From Folioceros fuciformis (taxonomy: Eukaryota), in contig JBNGIO010006316.1 of NCBI GenBank assembly GCA_049999805.1, positions 174,558-238,557 on the forward strand: a DNA stretch of 64,000 nt, written 5' to 3'. The notes beneath the pieces are model-generated. The model made no database searches, was not told where the DNA came from, and saw nothing but the letters and a program-made list of their open reading frames with translations. The translations under genes and the position numbers were made by a program. This document shows, piece after piece, positions 1 through 12,113 of this stretch; the stretch's first letter is position 1; every line of letters begins with the position of its first letter.

Positions 1-73
1 GCTACATAGGCATTGGATTGGGAAGCCCCCGCCCGCGCAACCTCCTGGTCCCCTCTAGCACGTCTCAACAGCC

Positions 74-3000
74 ATGGGGCTGTGGGACAGAGTGCGGCCC
101 AGCCACCGGGGCCGACGTCGACTCTATGAGATGCACAGTCCACCTGATGATTCTCTGCATCTTGGTCACCGTGTGGTCCACTGCAACAGTCCGCAGAGCA
201 ACGCCCCCTTCCGATTCAAGGTACTTGGGTTTCAGGTGACTTTGTTTTGCTCAAAAATCCGCTCGGATCCGGGTTTCCGTCCCCTACTTGTGTCCCTACC
301 TTGGCTGCCGCCACTCTAATGTTCAATTCTAGCACTCCCCTTCACATCCTCACTAATCGTGCTGCTGGAAACAAATGGACGCCTCTCCGGCAATTAATTT
401 GCTGCTTGCTCTCTTCGATCCGCTTGGGCTGGAGGTCCCCATCCTCATTGCTTTGCCGTACCGTGTTATCCTGTTTGCAGCTTCTGACGAGTGTCCACCC
501 TTACTTTTGCAGGGCAATTCCATCTCCACGACCAAGTATAATCTGGTCACATTTCTACCAAAGGGATTATTTGAACAGGTAGGGACTCTGTATTTTTCCT
601 GACTGTGGGGAGAGCTGTTGAAATGGGTTCTCAACAGTATGGGAGGAGTCGCAGCAGTTGTCTCTTTCTGGACTGTCTGACAACCGAGGTTTGCTACCGA
701 CGCTGCAGTTCCGCCGGGTTGCAAATCTCTACTTTCTCATGATAGCAATTCTGTCGGCAACTCCAATAAGGTTGGCACTTTCGCTGTTGGTCCTGAAAAC
801 ATGTCTATGTAAAGGACTTCGAGGCAGAAACGGTTTTGGGCAAAACTTTGTACAATGTCTGAGCTCTCACTGGCGGTACATATATGCTGTGCAGTCCTGT
901 AAATCCTATCACAAATGCTGGACCGCTCGCCCTTGTGCTCACCGTGTCCCTGATAAAGGAAGGATTTGAGGACAGGGCAAGTCATCTACCCTGATTGTTG
1001 CGTAAAGCTTTGTGTTTGCTGCAGGGGGACCATGTGTTTTGCTTTATGTTGTCTCATTTTCGAGGTTGTAATATGCTGGCAAAAGCCAGTGAGCCTCTGA
1101 CACCTTTGAGCAAAGGCATGAACATTATGGCTGACAAGAAGCATCTATATCTTCCGTCGGATGTGTCTGTTCTGGCAGAAGCGGTATTTGAATGACAAGG
1201 TTATCAACTCTGGCTTGGTTGATGTCTTAAGGGATCAACGTTGGGCTCCCACACCATGGAGCAAGGTTGCTGTGGGTGACATCGTCAAGGTTGTATTCCA
1301 AGGCTACCTTGCAGTGAAAAAGCATTTCATTCGCTGGTGCTGAACAATGTCCTTGCAAGGTTAACTTCTGTCCTTCACGTTGTACTGGAAATCACCTCTG
1401 ATTGACGTCTGCTGTGTGATGGGTCTATATTTTTTCAGGTGAAGCAAGACCATTACTTTCCTGCAGACCTGCTGTTTCTGGCCAGTACAAATGCAGACGG
1501 TATCTGCTACATTGAGGTACGATATTCTGGTTGGTGTTGTGCAGATGTGTCGGCCTATTATGTATCCCAAGCCTGATTGGGGATAGCATTCAGTGAAGGA
1601 TGCATAATTCACGTGTTTCTGGCTGCTGATGTCAATGTTCTCCTTGCAAGACAGACATCAAACTTAGACGGTGAGACAAATTTGAAGATTCGGAAGGCCC
1701 TGGAACGAACTTGGGATTTCATTGATGCAGAGAACGCAGCAGGATTTTCAGGTCCGGTTGTGTGGTGTTGGGCTCATGCTCTGGATGGGCAACCGCTTCG
1801 AACTCAGGCTGAGAAGGACCATCTGTTTGTTCAGGAAGGATTGAATGTGAACATCCAAACAACTCCTTGTACACCTTCATGGGTAATCTGGTTGTTGGGA
1901 AGCAGACACTGCCAGTCTCACCCAATCAGATTCTGCTGAGAGTAAGCATGAAGTTGTTGAATTGAGGATCTTTGGTCACTTAGGCTAAAGTATTCTGCTG
2001 GCTCACTTGCTCCTTGCTTGTCCAGGGTTGCAGCCTGCGTAACACAGATTGGATTGTGGGGGCTGTAGTATTTGCTGGCCACGAAACCAAGGTATGGGAC
2101 TTGATGCTGCTGATCTATTAGGAGCATTGTGAGCAGTAATAAATGCAAGGCGGGGGTGTCCTGATTCACTGGATGCCCAGGTGATGATGAACGCAATGGA
2201 TGTTCCTTCAAAGAGGAGCACTCTGGAGAGAAGACTGGACAAGTTGATTTTGCTTCTTTTTGGCATACTCTTTATTCTCTGCTCCATTGGCGGCATTGGA
2301 GGGTGAAAAAAACATGTGCCTCCTCCTGAAAAATTTGAATTTCCAGATTTAATGTGGTGCAAGAGTTAGACTGGCTGCTGTATTTTTTAAACGGTGTAGT
2401 TAAAAGGAGTGCTGCTCAACAAGAACTGTCTCTGTAATATGATGTTTGTGTTTGATGCACAGTGGATCTTTCCTTTCAAGAAAATATTACTACCTTGGCC
2501 TATTTGGGGGCGTTGAGCAGCAATACAATCCCAGCAACAAAGCTGTGGTCAGTTGTGTTCAGTCTTATCAATGCAACGCTCTTGACGGGTTGACGTGACC
2601 CATGAGACTAATGTGTCTGACGTGGTGACTTGTAGGTGGCAATTCTATCGTTTTTCACCTTTGTCACATTGTTTTCGAGTATCATACCAATATCGTTGTA
2701 TGTGTCCATCGAGGTAATCTATGTCCTGCAATATCCTCTAACTAGGTTCCAGTGGACGTGGGATGTTAAATCTGTCTGTGTTTCTTTTGACCCTGCAGAT
2801 GATCAAGTTCATCCAGTCCACTCAGTTCATTAACAATGATATGAACATGTATCATAAAGAGAGTAACACTCCAGCTTTGGCACGGACATCAAATCTCAAT
2901 GAAGAGCTTGGTCAGGTGATATAGCTTCTGTGTCTGGCCATACTGTGTTTTTTGTGTTGTACCAAGGCTTACTATAGGATGTTATGCAGATTGAGTATAT

Positions 3001-6000
3001 TTTTTCTGACAAGACGGGTACTCTAACACGGAACTTGATGGAATTCTTCAAATGTTCTATTGGGGGAGTCATGTATGGCACCGGGATAACTGAAATTCAG
3101 AGAGCTGCAGCACAGCGGACAGGGGTGGTCTTGGAGGAGGTTGGTTGGATCTTAGTCTCATCATCTGTTGTACATTGAGATGATGTCTCTGTCCCTCAAC
3201 CAAAGCTGATGATAGACTGTTTGCTTGGATTCAGGTGGAGAGGACTGATGATGCCGTACGGGAAAAAGGGTTCAATTTTGATGACAGGAGACTGATGAAG
3301 GGTGGATGGAGAAATGAAGACAACCCAGAAGTGTGCAAGGTAATGGGCAACTTCTGCATCACTTTGGCACTTGGTTGTATTTCCAAAGGACGTCTCTAGT
3401 GCTTCCACGGCCAGAAGGGTGTATGCTTTTATCCAATATTCAACCTCACCACCAAAGACAATTGTTTTTGTCAATGCTTTGCAGGAATTTTTCAGATGTC
3501 TTGCTATCTGTCACACTGTTTTACCAGAGGGTGAAGACAAACCTGAGAAAATCACGTACCAGGCTGCGTCACCTGACGAAGCAGCACTTGTTGCGGCTGC
3601 AAAAAACTTTGGATTCTTCTTTCATGGGTTTGATGTCGATTCAGACGCCTGTGGGCTTGACTGCATGACTTATTTGAGGAAGGCAATGGACGCGCTCTTA
3701 GTGATAAGGTGCGTTTGTTGTACTCTGCAGGCGATCCCCAACAGCCATCCGAGTTCGTGAATCTCATGTTCAGAAGATAGGCAAGTTGCAAGACGTCGAG
3801 TATGAAATATTGAACGTCCTGGAGTTTAATAGGTCGAATGAAATTCTTGCCACACTGTTACAGTATTTTTTCCGTTTCTACGTAGGTCTTCCACATTTTG
3901 CTCACTCCGGGTCTGAATCATTGGTTGTATGTTATGGATTCTCCAGCACGAGGAAGAGGCAGTCTGTTATCTGTAGGTATCCAAATGGGAGGTTGTTGCT
4001 GTATTGCAAGGTATGCTCTCTAGTGATGACTTCTATAATTGCATGCATCGTATAGACTAGCTGGCCGGTCTGATATTTTGGAGTCGGTTTGCACAGGGTG
4101 CAGATACTGTGATATATGAAAGGATGTCAGAGGACAATAACCCATACAAAGATTCAACACGTGACCATCTCGAGAAGTTTGGGGCAGATGGACTGAGGAC
4201 ACTCTGTCTAGCCTATCGGCAGCTAAATGAGCAGGAATATGAAGCTTGGAACGAGAAATTTATTCAGGCCAAATCTGCATTGCGCGATCGTGAGAAGAAG
4301 CTTGATGAGGTTTGGACCTTGCACTAAATCAGACTCGTCCACAGGTCTTGTACTGTAAGGTTATCTTTCCTTGTGACTCACCAAGACTACGTCAAGGCGG
4401 CTAACACGTCTGCTAGTGTCATTTTGGGTGGCTTAGGTTGCTGAATTGATCGAGAAAAACCTCATCCTGCTTGGATGCACAGCTATTGAGGATAAATTGC
4501 AGGAAGGTGTTCCAGCCTGCATTGAGACGCTTTCTAGAGCAGGGATAAAGATATGGGTGCTGACTGGAGATAAGATGGAAACTGCCATCAACATTGCTTA
4601 TGGTGAGCTAGTTTCTGCTGTTTTGTTTCTTAGACTGCAAGGAAAACACTGCAGGCTTCTGCGACCATTTCTTGGGATCTTTTGTGTATGATACGGGTTC
4701 AGAGAAGGATTGGACTCGTTTGACTTGCCTCTTCAGTTCCATGCAAAAGAGGCCGATCATGGATTTGTGGTGTCCTTGGGCAGGGCCTTCCAATAGGAAG
4801 GGAAAGAAACTTACCTTGCCCAGCTTAGCTTGTGAACTGATGATGCTGGGGTTGGATTGCGGTCGTGCTGAACACAATTGATGTTTCTGCAGCTTGCAGC
4901 CTATTGAGCAATGATATGAAACAGTTTATTATAAGTTCAGACATAAGGGCAGTGAGAGAGGTGGAAGACAGGGTAATCTTCTCTGCAGCCCACCTTCTTG
5001 ACGCCCATGTAATCCTGGTGTGGTAGGACATTATTCTGGTTTGGGTTGTCCATGAAGTATCTTGATGATCATTCACTTGAATGCGGGAATGCAGGGGGAT
5101 CCTGTTGAAACAGCGGAAGTCGTTGAAAGTCTGGTGACACAGAAGTTGAAGGATGCCCTTGCTCAAGCTGAAGATTCAGAACGTCTGAAAACTGGGCTAG
5201 ATCTCGCTCTTGTTATTGATGGCAGGTGTTTGATGTTTGCCTTAGATCCCAACCTTCGAGGTACTCTGCTAAATCTTTCCATGCGATGCAAGGCTGTGGT
5301 TTGCTGCCGAGTCTCGCCCCTGCAGAAAGCACAGGTCAGGAACTCCTAGTGGATTTAACTTATGCAACTTCAGCGTGAAACATGCCTGCGTCTCAATGTG
5401 GATGCTACCGGCTCATGCCACCTCATGCCCCTGCCGTGTACGTGCGGCTCATGTTCTCCTTTGCCCTTGACAGGTCACGACATTGATAAAGAATGCCAAG
5501 AAGATAACCCTTAGTATTGGTGATGGAGCTAATGACGTGAGTATGATACAAGCTGCTCACATTGGCGTGGGTATAAGCGGTGAAGAAGGCATGCAGGCTG
5601 TCATGGCCAGTGACTTCGCTATTGCTCAGTTCCGCTTCCTGCAAGACCTACTACTTGTCCATGGAAGGTGGTCGTATATCCGCATTTCTAAGGTAGGTGT
5701 ATGCACTGATTACCATCATTGGGAATACTGACATTTACTAATAGTGAAATTAACCACATTACTGTTCATAATTGGTGGTGATGCCAGGTCGTCTCCTACT
5801 TCTTCTACAAGAATTTAACATTTACCCTTACTCAATTTTGGTTCAACACGTACACTGGATTCTCAGGACAGAGATTTTATGATGACTGGTTTCAATCTCT
5901 TTACAATGTTCTTTTCACAGCTCTTCCAGTCATTGTTGTAGGTATATTTGACAAGGTAAGTTGGTTAATTTCACACTTTGAAGTGGTGAAGTGAGATTTG

Positions 6001-7113
6001 GAGTCATGTGGAATTTGTCGTGAGTTGCAGTTGCATGACTCCCGGATCTTATGCACATGCAGGATGTAAACGCCAGCAAGTCTAAAAAGTATCCCCAGCT
6101 CTATAAGGAAGGCATCAAGAATTCATACTTCAGCTGGAGAGTGCTGGCTGTGTGGTTTGTCTCTGCTATCTATCAGTCTCTCATATTTTACTATTTCCCA
6201 GTTGCCGCTGGAATGAGCGCCCAAACGAGTTCAGGGAGAATGTTTGGTGTGTGGGATGTTGCGACCATGGCATTTACATGTATCGTCATCACAGTAAATT
6301 TGCGACTCCTGATGGCCTGCACGTATCTCACTAAGTGGCACCACATCAGTGTTATAGGCAGTGGCTTGTCATGGTTTGTTTTCATCTTCCTTTATGGTGG
6401 AATAAGAACCCATTATGACAGACAGGTATTGCCCTCCATTACGGTTGGTCAGCACTTATCTGGCATGTGTCGTGGATTCAACTGCGTGTGTAGCCGCATC
6501 TGCCTTTGACTTGGAGAACGGATGTGTCTGTGTTGCAGGACAATGTGTACTGGGTGATGTTCGTCTTGATGGGCACCTGGTATTTCTGGTTAACAATACT
6601 ATTAGTTCCTATCGTGGCTTTGTCTGGAGACTTTCTATTCCAAGCGTGAGTATAACTTCAAATTCGGTTTCCTGTTCTATGGGCCTTGTGAAAGCATAGG
6701 TTTCCCACCGAAGACGTGAATATGCTTGAACTTCTGTTTCATTATGCTCTCTGCCTTTTCGTTTTCTTGTTTGCAGATTGCAGCGGTCGTTCTTCCCACA
6801 TGATTATCAAATTATCCAAGAAGACGCGAAGTATCACTATTCTGCCTCTGATGGAGTTGAGTCGGAGAAGCAACATGAACTGGTTTCGATGTTGAGCCCA
6901 GCTCTCACTGTCGAAGACGAAAGAACATTTTCCATGGCTCAACTTCCAGGACAGATGTCAAGAAAGCACACAGGTTTCTCATTTGATAGTCCAGGCTTTG
7001 AATCCTTCTTCGCCTCACAAGAGGGAGTTCGCACACCTGCCCGATCATGGGATGTTGCTCGACGGGCTAGCATGCGTAACCCCCGTCGCAGCAACCACGA
7101 CTCAATAAGCTGA
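74..7113 (+). CDS. ALA3: Phospholipid-transporting P4-ATPase (flippase), ALA3-like; multi-exon
   Basis: Exons join via GT-AG and one GC-AG intron. Motifs: [42 protein letters not shown], phosphorylation site [63 protein letters not shown], and C-terminal [17 protein letters not shown]. Exon 1 is 74-220; stop at 7111-7113. Confidence 0.95.
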
Positions 7114-7894
7114 CGTTCTGTCGCAAGGCCCTGCCCGCTTGTAAGACATCTATATATTTTTCGTTGGCCAGCTTTTAGAGCGTTCAAAGATAATTCCTAA
7201 CAAGCGCAAAAGCTCCCTATTATAGTTACGTCCAATATCTGCGAGAATTGTCCGTGCACCCGACCAGGTTTAGGCGCAAAACATGCAATGCTCTCTTCAC
7301 GTCTCGCGACTTACAACTTTCCAGTGCTTAACTCCATGTATTTAAATGTCTAGCTTAACAAACTTCCCTTCTTGGTAACAAGGTTAGGAGAATGGGCAAA
7401 GGCCCTTAACTACAACGGATCTTAGTTAACACAAGCTTACATGAGTGGCCAAAGCTCGTGATTGTCAACCACTAGAGGAGGACTTAAAAAGCATAAGCAA
7501 GAAAAGCGAAATATGCAAAAGGGGAAAAAGTGTGCTATGCTATAACCCCTTATAAGCCAAGCAAAGAAAAGAGGTTCCTATTCTGAAATTCCACCAACCT
7601 AGCGCTTCTCATTTGTTTGTTTGAATTTTACTTACATGAAATTATCTCTTTTGTCCCTAGAAAAAAAATGATAATGCACTTTGATGTGCTTGTTGCAGCG
7701 TAAATAGTGACATGAAGACATGGAACTTTGATTATTACAATGGAGTTGAAATGGGTTGTATTCAAGAAAGTTAAGTTGATGTAGAAAGGGAAAAATGAAA
7801 TGACTTCCTTCAAAACTGTAGTCTTTAGTGCTAGATACTCAATCTTCAATAGAAGCTCACTCTTTCAAAAAGAAGTTTAGAGACGAGGGAAGGT

Positions 7895-8478
7895 TTTAGT
7901 GGTTTTAATAATATAGACTTCTACATTTGGGAGCTTAGAATTATCCATATTTTGGAAGAATGTGAGCTCATGGCCGTTGTGATGCCAATAATACCACTAC
8001 ACTTACCAACACCCTCAAGGAAAGCTCCCTTAGCAAAAGAAAGATAGTAGGCTTATGTAATCCTTATATTTGCATTGCACAACATCATTCAATCGAGGAG
8101 AAGTCACTTCCAACTCTTCCTGAAGTGCCTTCAAGCCAATGTTATAAACTAGTCCATCATCTCCATGTCTTAATTCACGCCATGAGGACCATTTACAGCT
8201 TGTGAACCATTGAGAGTGATTCAATTAGAGAGCACATCACCAAGTTCAGGTCCTTGTAGGTGAAGTTGGTTACATGTAGAGAAAAAAATTAGCAAACTTC
8301 CAACAGCAATGGCACTTCTTGCATGCATGTTGGTACCAAAGTTTTGTAAGTTCGTAAGATGCCACCCTCACACAAACAAGCCAAATAGTCAATTGTATTT
8401 ATGAGCTTAAGACAGCCACATAGGAGTAGCATCACCTACATTCAACTAGTTGGAACCTTGCTTGAAGAAGAGTTAAGC
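7895..8478 (+). mobile_element. Degenerate Ty1/copia gag remnant (stops and frameshifts)
   Basis: Plus-strand fragments FSGFNNIDFYIWELRIIHILEECELMAVV, ESDSIREHITKFRSL*, ISKLPTAMALLACM and ITYIQLVGTLLEEE follow the order and pattern of copia gag motifs. AT-rich context. No pol or LTR pair recognised. Confidence 0.6.
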
Positions 8479-10077
8479 TGTTATAGCTCAACCTAATTAC
8501 AGAGAAACATGGGTGAGGTCATGGCAAAGCCCATTCCTAGCTTGCGATTGGGTAATTCCCACTTTGCTCCACGAACAGTAAGAGCTCTACCATTTGCTCC
8601 TTGTGAGGCTGCTGGCGTTATGCCACAAATTCTAACAACCCACGGTTAGAAAAAAAAAGAAAAAGAAAAAACAAGGTGGTTTCTGGGCCACTACCAGCTT
8701 CATACCATTGGGTATTTGAAGTCTGGGACATACGCTATAAGTTTTGTGATCACAGATTAGAATTCAAGATGCACACCGAGTGCACCGTTTCCTGGACGGA
8801 AGTTGTTACTGTGGCGACCAGCATTGAGAGCTTTTGTGTCGAGAACAGTCAGACTTCGTCGATTTGGAGGCTGTGGAGCATGCTTCAGAATTGGCTCGAG
8901 TCTTTGTAAGTGAGCCTGACCTGTACCCTCTTTACGTGTACCGATTCCCTTCGTTTCTAACGCCTTGAAGAAAACCTTGCAGACCTGCGCCTCAGTATGG
9001 ATAGCCTGAACTGTACCAGTGCCAGGAACCTTCCACTGAAATCGGTGCACACGCGAGGTGATCGAGCCAGCAGTAAGCAGGTGCGTGGCTCACCGATGTT
9101 CTAACGAGAGAAGCAAAGCTCTCAGCCTAGCTCGTCCTGGTAGGTTCAGAGGCCATGTTTCTAATTTCAGGAAGCAGTCAGCCGCAGCTTGCTGAATCTG
9201 TGTTCAGATGCAGGTTGCGGTTATGCATTGATCACAGCATCTTGGCCATCCGCGGTCTGCAACTGTCGTAGAACGCCAGGTCTGGAATGCACTCTGATCG
9301 CACTTTAGCAAGTACGGCTTTGCGCCGACTCTAGATAGCCGACAGCAGGCCGACCGTTGAGCAGGTTGCACTCCACTACCCACTGCGTGACAGAAGACTT
9401 CTTTGGAGCCGCTGCATCTGTATTGGAAGCGGCCATTGGGCCATCTTCCATTTGGAGCTTCTTCCAAGCACTGCGAAACTGTAGTCATGGCAAAAACCTC
9501 AGGTTTAGTGATCTGTATATTAACAGGGTGCAAACACAGGATTTGCATATGGAGGACAGCGCCGGATCTGGACGGCAAGATCGCAGCAGTGCGGAGGAAG
9601 CGACAGGTGTCCTGCTGCCGGGCCTGAAGAGTTTTCGCTTCCGACAAGGATCTTCGTGCTCTACAGTTGGTTGCCGATACTCAATTGAACCTGAAGCTTC
9701 GAAGCAAGGCGCACAAAGCGCTTTTCCTCTTCATAGAATACACCCAGTGCGACAAACTGATGAAGGCAGCAGGTGTTTACTGCGCAGCAATTTGAAGCGC
9801 GAATTTCACGTATCAACGCACGTCACACCATCCCGACCTTTCTTTGAAGTTTCGTATCGTTTTCTCTGCGATGCCTGATACGCTATTGGTATACTCGTAC
9901 GTTTCCCAATGGATAATAGTCACTCATTCCGAGGCCTGAGCTGGTTCTTCCCGGAACCATGCCCCGCCTCTTCTCGGTTGGCGAGCTGGTGGTATAAGGA
10001 GCTTCCGGCTGACTCAGTATTTCATGTGCGGAGGTTGTTGATCTCGGCGCTGAGCTCTTTCAGAAGACCAAGGAAGG

Positions 10078-10951
10078 ATGACGATCAAAGTACACGGCAA
10101 TGCCGGCTCTCCCTTCGCGGGCTTGGTCCTGATTATCTTGTGGGAGAAAGATGCTGAGTTCGAGTTGCTGCCTGTGGACGTGGACGGCGGTGCCAACAGG
10201 AAGCCGGCGCATCTGGCTTTGCAGGTATTGGTTTCGAGGCGCTGCCGCCCTCTGTGAATTTCAGTCTCACTGAAAGCTTAATGCAGTTTCATCTGCTACG
10301 GTTTCAGCCCTTCGGAAAGATTCCCGTCATTGTAGATGGAGATTATGTCTTGTTCGGTGAGACTCATGCCCCTTTCTGCGCTCGCATTGCAGGCGTTCGT
10401 TTGCAGATCCGTTTGATGAATGCCTGACAGTGTGCTCGTATCCTGCTTCTACTGTTGTCCTGGTTGCAGAGTCCCGCGCTATTGCGAGGTACATAGCAGA
10501 TAGGTTTGCAAGTCAGGGAAATGACATTTACCCTACGGATCTCAAGACGAGAAGCTTGGTGAACCAGTGGATGGATGTGGAGGCACATAATTTCAGCAAG
10601 CATTTTGTCAGCTTAGCGCAAGAAAGAGTCATTGCCAGGCGCAAGGGCTTGTCAGGGGACGAGGCTAAAGTCCAGGAAAGCGTCAATAAGTTGGAGGAAA
10701 CATTGGACGTTTACGATGCCCAGCTCTCCAAGCACAAGTACCTGGCAGGTGACACCGTTACCATTGCAGATCTGGGACACGTCATAGCGTTCCACTGGCT
10801 CCTGCTCTTGTCTCCTGAGATTGCGGAAAGCGTGAAGACCCGGAAGCATTTGCAGTCCTGGTGGGGGGATGTTAGCAGTAGGCCCTCCGTAAAGAAGTAT
10901 TTCGAGCTGGCTCCTATTGCTCTCCTCGCCAGTAACCCTACTCGCCAGTAA
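10078..10951 (+). CDS. Phi-class glutathione S-transferase (3 exons: 10078-10224, 10308-10356, 10470-10951)
   Basis: MTIKVHGNAGSPF..., LQ|PFGKIPVIVDGDYVLFE|SRAIARYIA, VNQWMDVEAHNF, LDVYDAQLSKHKYLAGDTVTIADLGH. The 147-nt and 49-nt first two exons are the layout typical of Phi GSTs. Confidence 0.93.
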
Positions 10952-11002
10952 CCCTACTCGCCAGTAACCCTACTCGCCAGTAACACTACTCCCCAGTAAC
11001 CC
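10925..11002 (+). repeat. Tandem repeat, 16-bp unit CTCGCCAGTAACCCTA, ~5 copies, overlapping the GST stop
   Basis: Read directly; the last copies are diverged (taacactact, ccccagtaac). Confidence 0.9.
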
Positions 11003-12113
11003 ATTTTTGCTCTGCCACGCCAGGATTGGAGGCATAATTTTACCTAGCTGGGCCTTCACGTTCAATGCCTGATTGAAAGGCTCGTTTGGTGGAACTGCTT
11101 CCTCCCTACCAATGAACAGACAGATTCTGCATGGTGCATCTCTCATCGCCTCCGGGGAGCATGTCCCATGGCAAAAACCGTTATAGGAAAGTGTTTCTTT
11201 TCCGTGTCTTCCTCAAGGGTGGTCCTCCACTTCTTGGGCTAGATGGGTGTCCATCTTGTTTCAAGAAAAAACAGCGAGACTTGTGAATAATAACTATAAT
11301 TATAAAGATAGTTATAAAGTAAACTTGACTAAGTTTTGTCTCAAGAACGAAATACTGTAATTGATCCTGGGGCCTTAAAACGAAAGTACGGAAAACGGAT
11401 ACGGTCTAGGGGTGAGCACAGATAATAAGTTTAGATGAGCGCCACGCCCTCGATTGTTTCCGTCAATGGTAACCGGCTCGTCCCTAGGGCCTGATCCTGA
11501 CTCACACCAATCTGGATGTGATCGCAGAAAAACAGAAAATACGATGGGAGATCACGTAACGTGCTCTTCATTGCTGATCATTACGGATCATTACGGATTT
11601 AGTAAATGAGATCTTATCACGACCTATGTCTCTACCCTTTAGACCATAGTGACTACTGACTGTTGAGCTTGGGATCACTTCGTACGAAGCTCCTTTTTGC
11701 CTCCGTTGCAGCCAAGTCTCGCTGATCTGTATGGAAAAAACACGGATCATCGGAAGGCTGCAGCTACGCAACGTGCGGTTGAGAGATTTGCCCGCACATG
11801 GGCGTTTCGGAGTGAAGTTTGGGATCCCCATAAGTGACTTGAAAGAGTGCACCGCAAACCATAAGGAGGGTGCAGTTGAATCTTGATTGCTGCCTACTTG
11901 GCAAGAATTTCAGAGAAAATTCCCGTTTCCACTGCACAGACAGAAGAGCATACACTACATTCTAATTTCCCTCTTTACTAACCGTTCCAAAATTTCCGCC
12001 GCTTGGCCAGGGCGTGTGAATGTAAGTATGTCTCAAAATGCGCCTCAAGTTCCGCTTGACCCCAACTCCTGCCAGCGCCTCGTCAAAATTGCGTCGACAC
12101 AACTGTGTTCAGA

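Noticed and set aside
10925..11002. TAACCCT within the repeat as an interstitial telomere
   Set aside because: It is embedded in a 16-bp unit, not contiguous TTTAGGG/TTAGGG arrays.
11380..11620. Short duplication (ATCATTACGG x2) and a small hairpin as a possible ncRNA
   Set aside because: No tRNA, snoRNA or snRNA hallmarks were recognisable; a covariance-model search would be needed.
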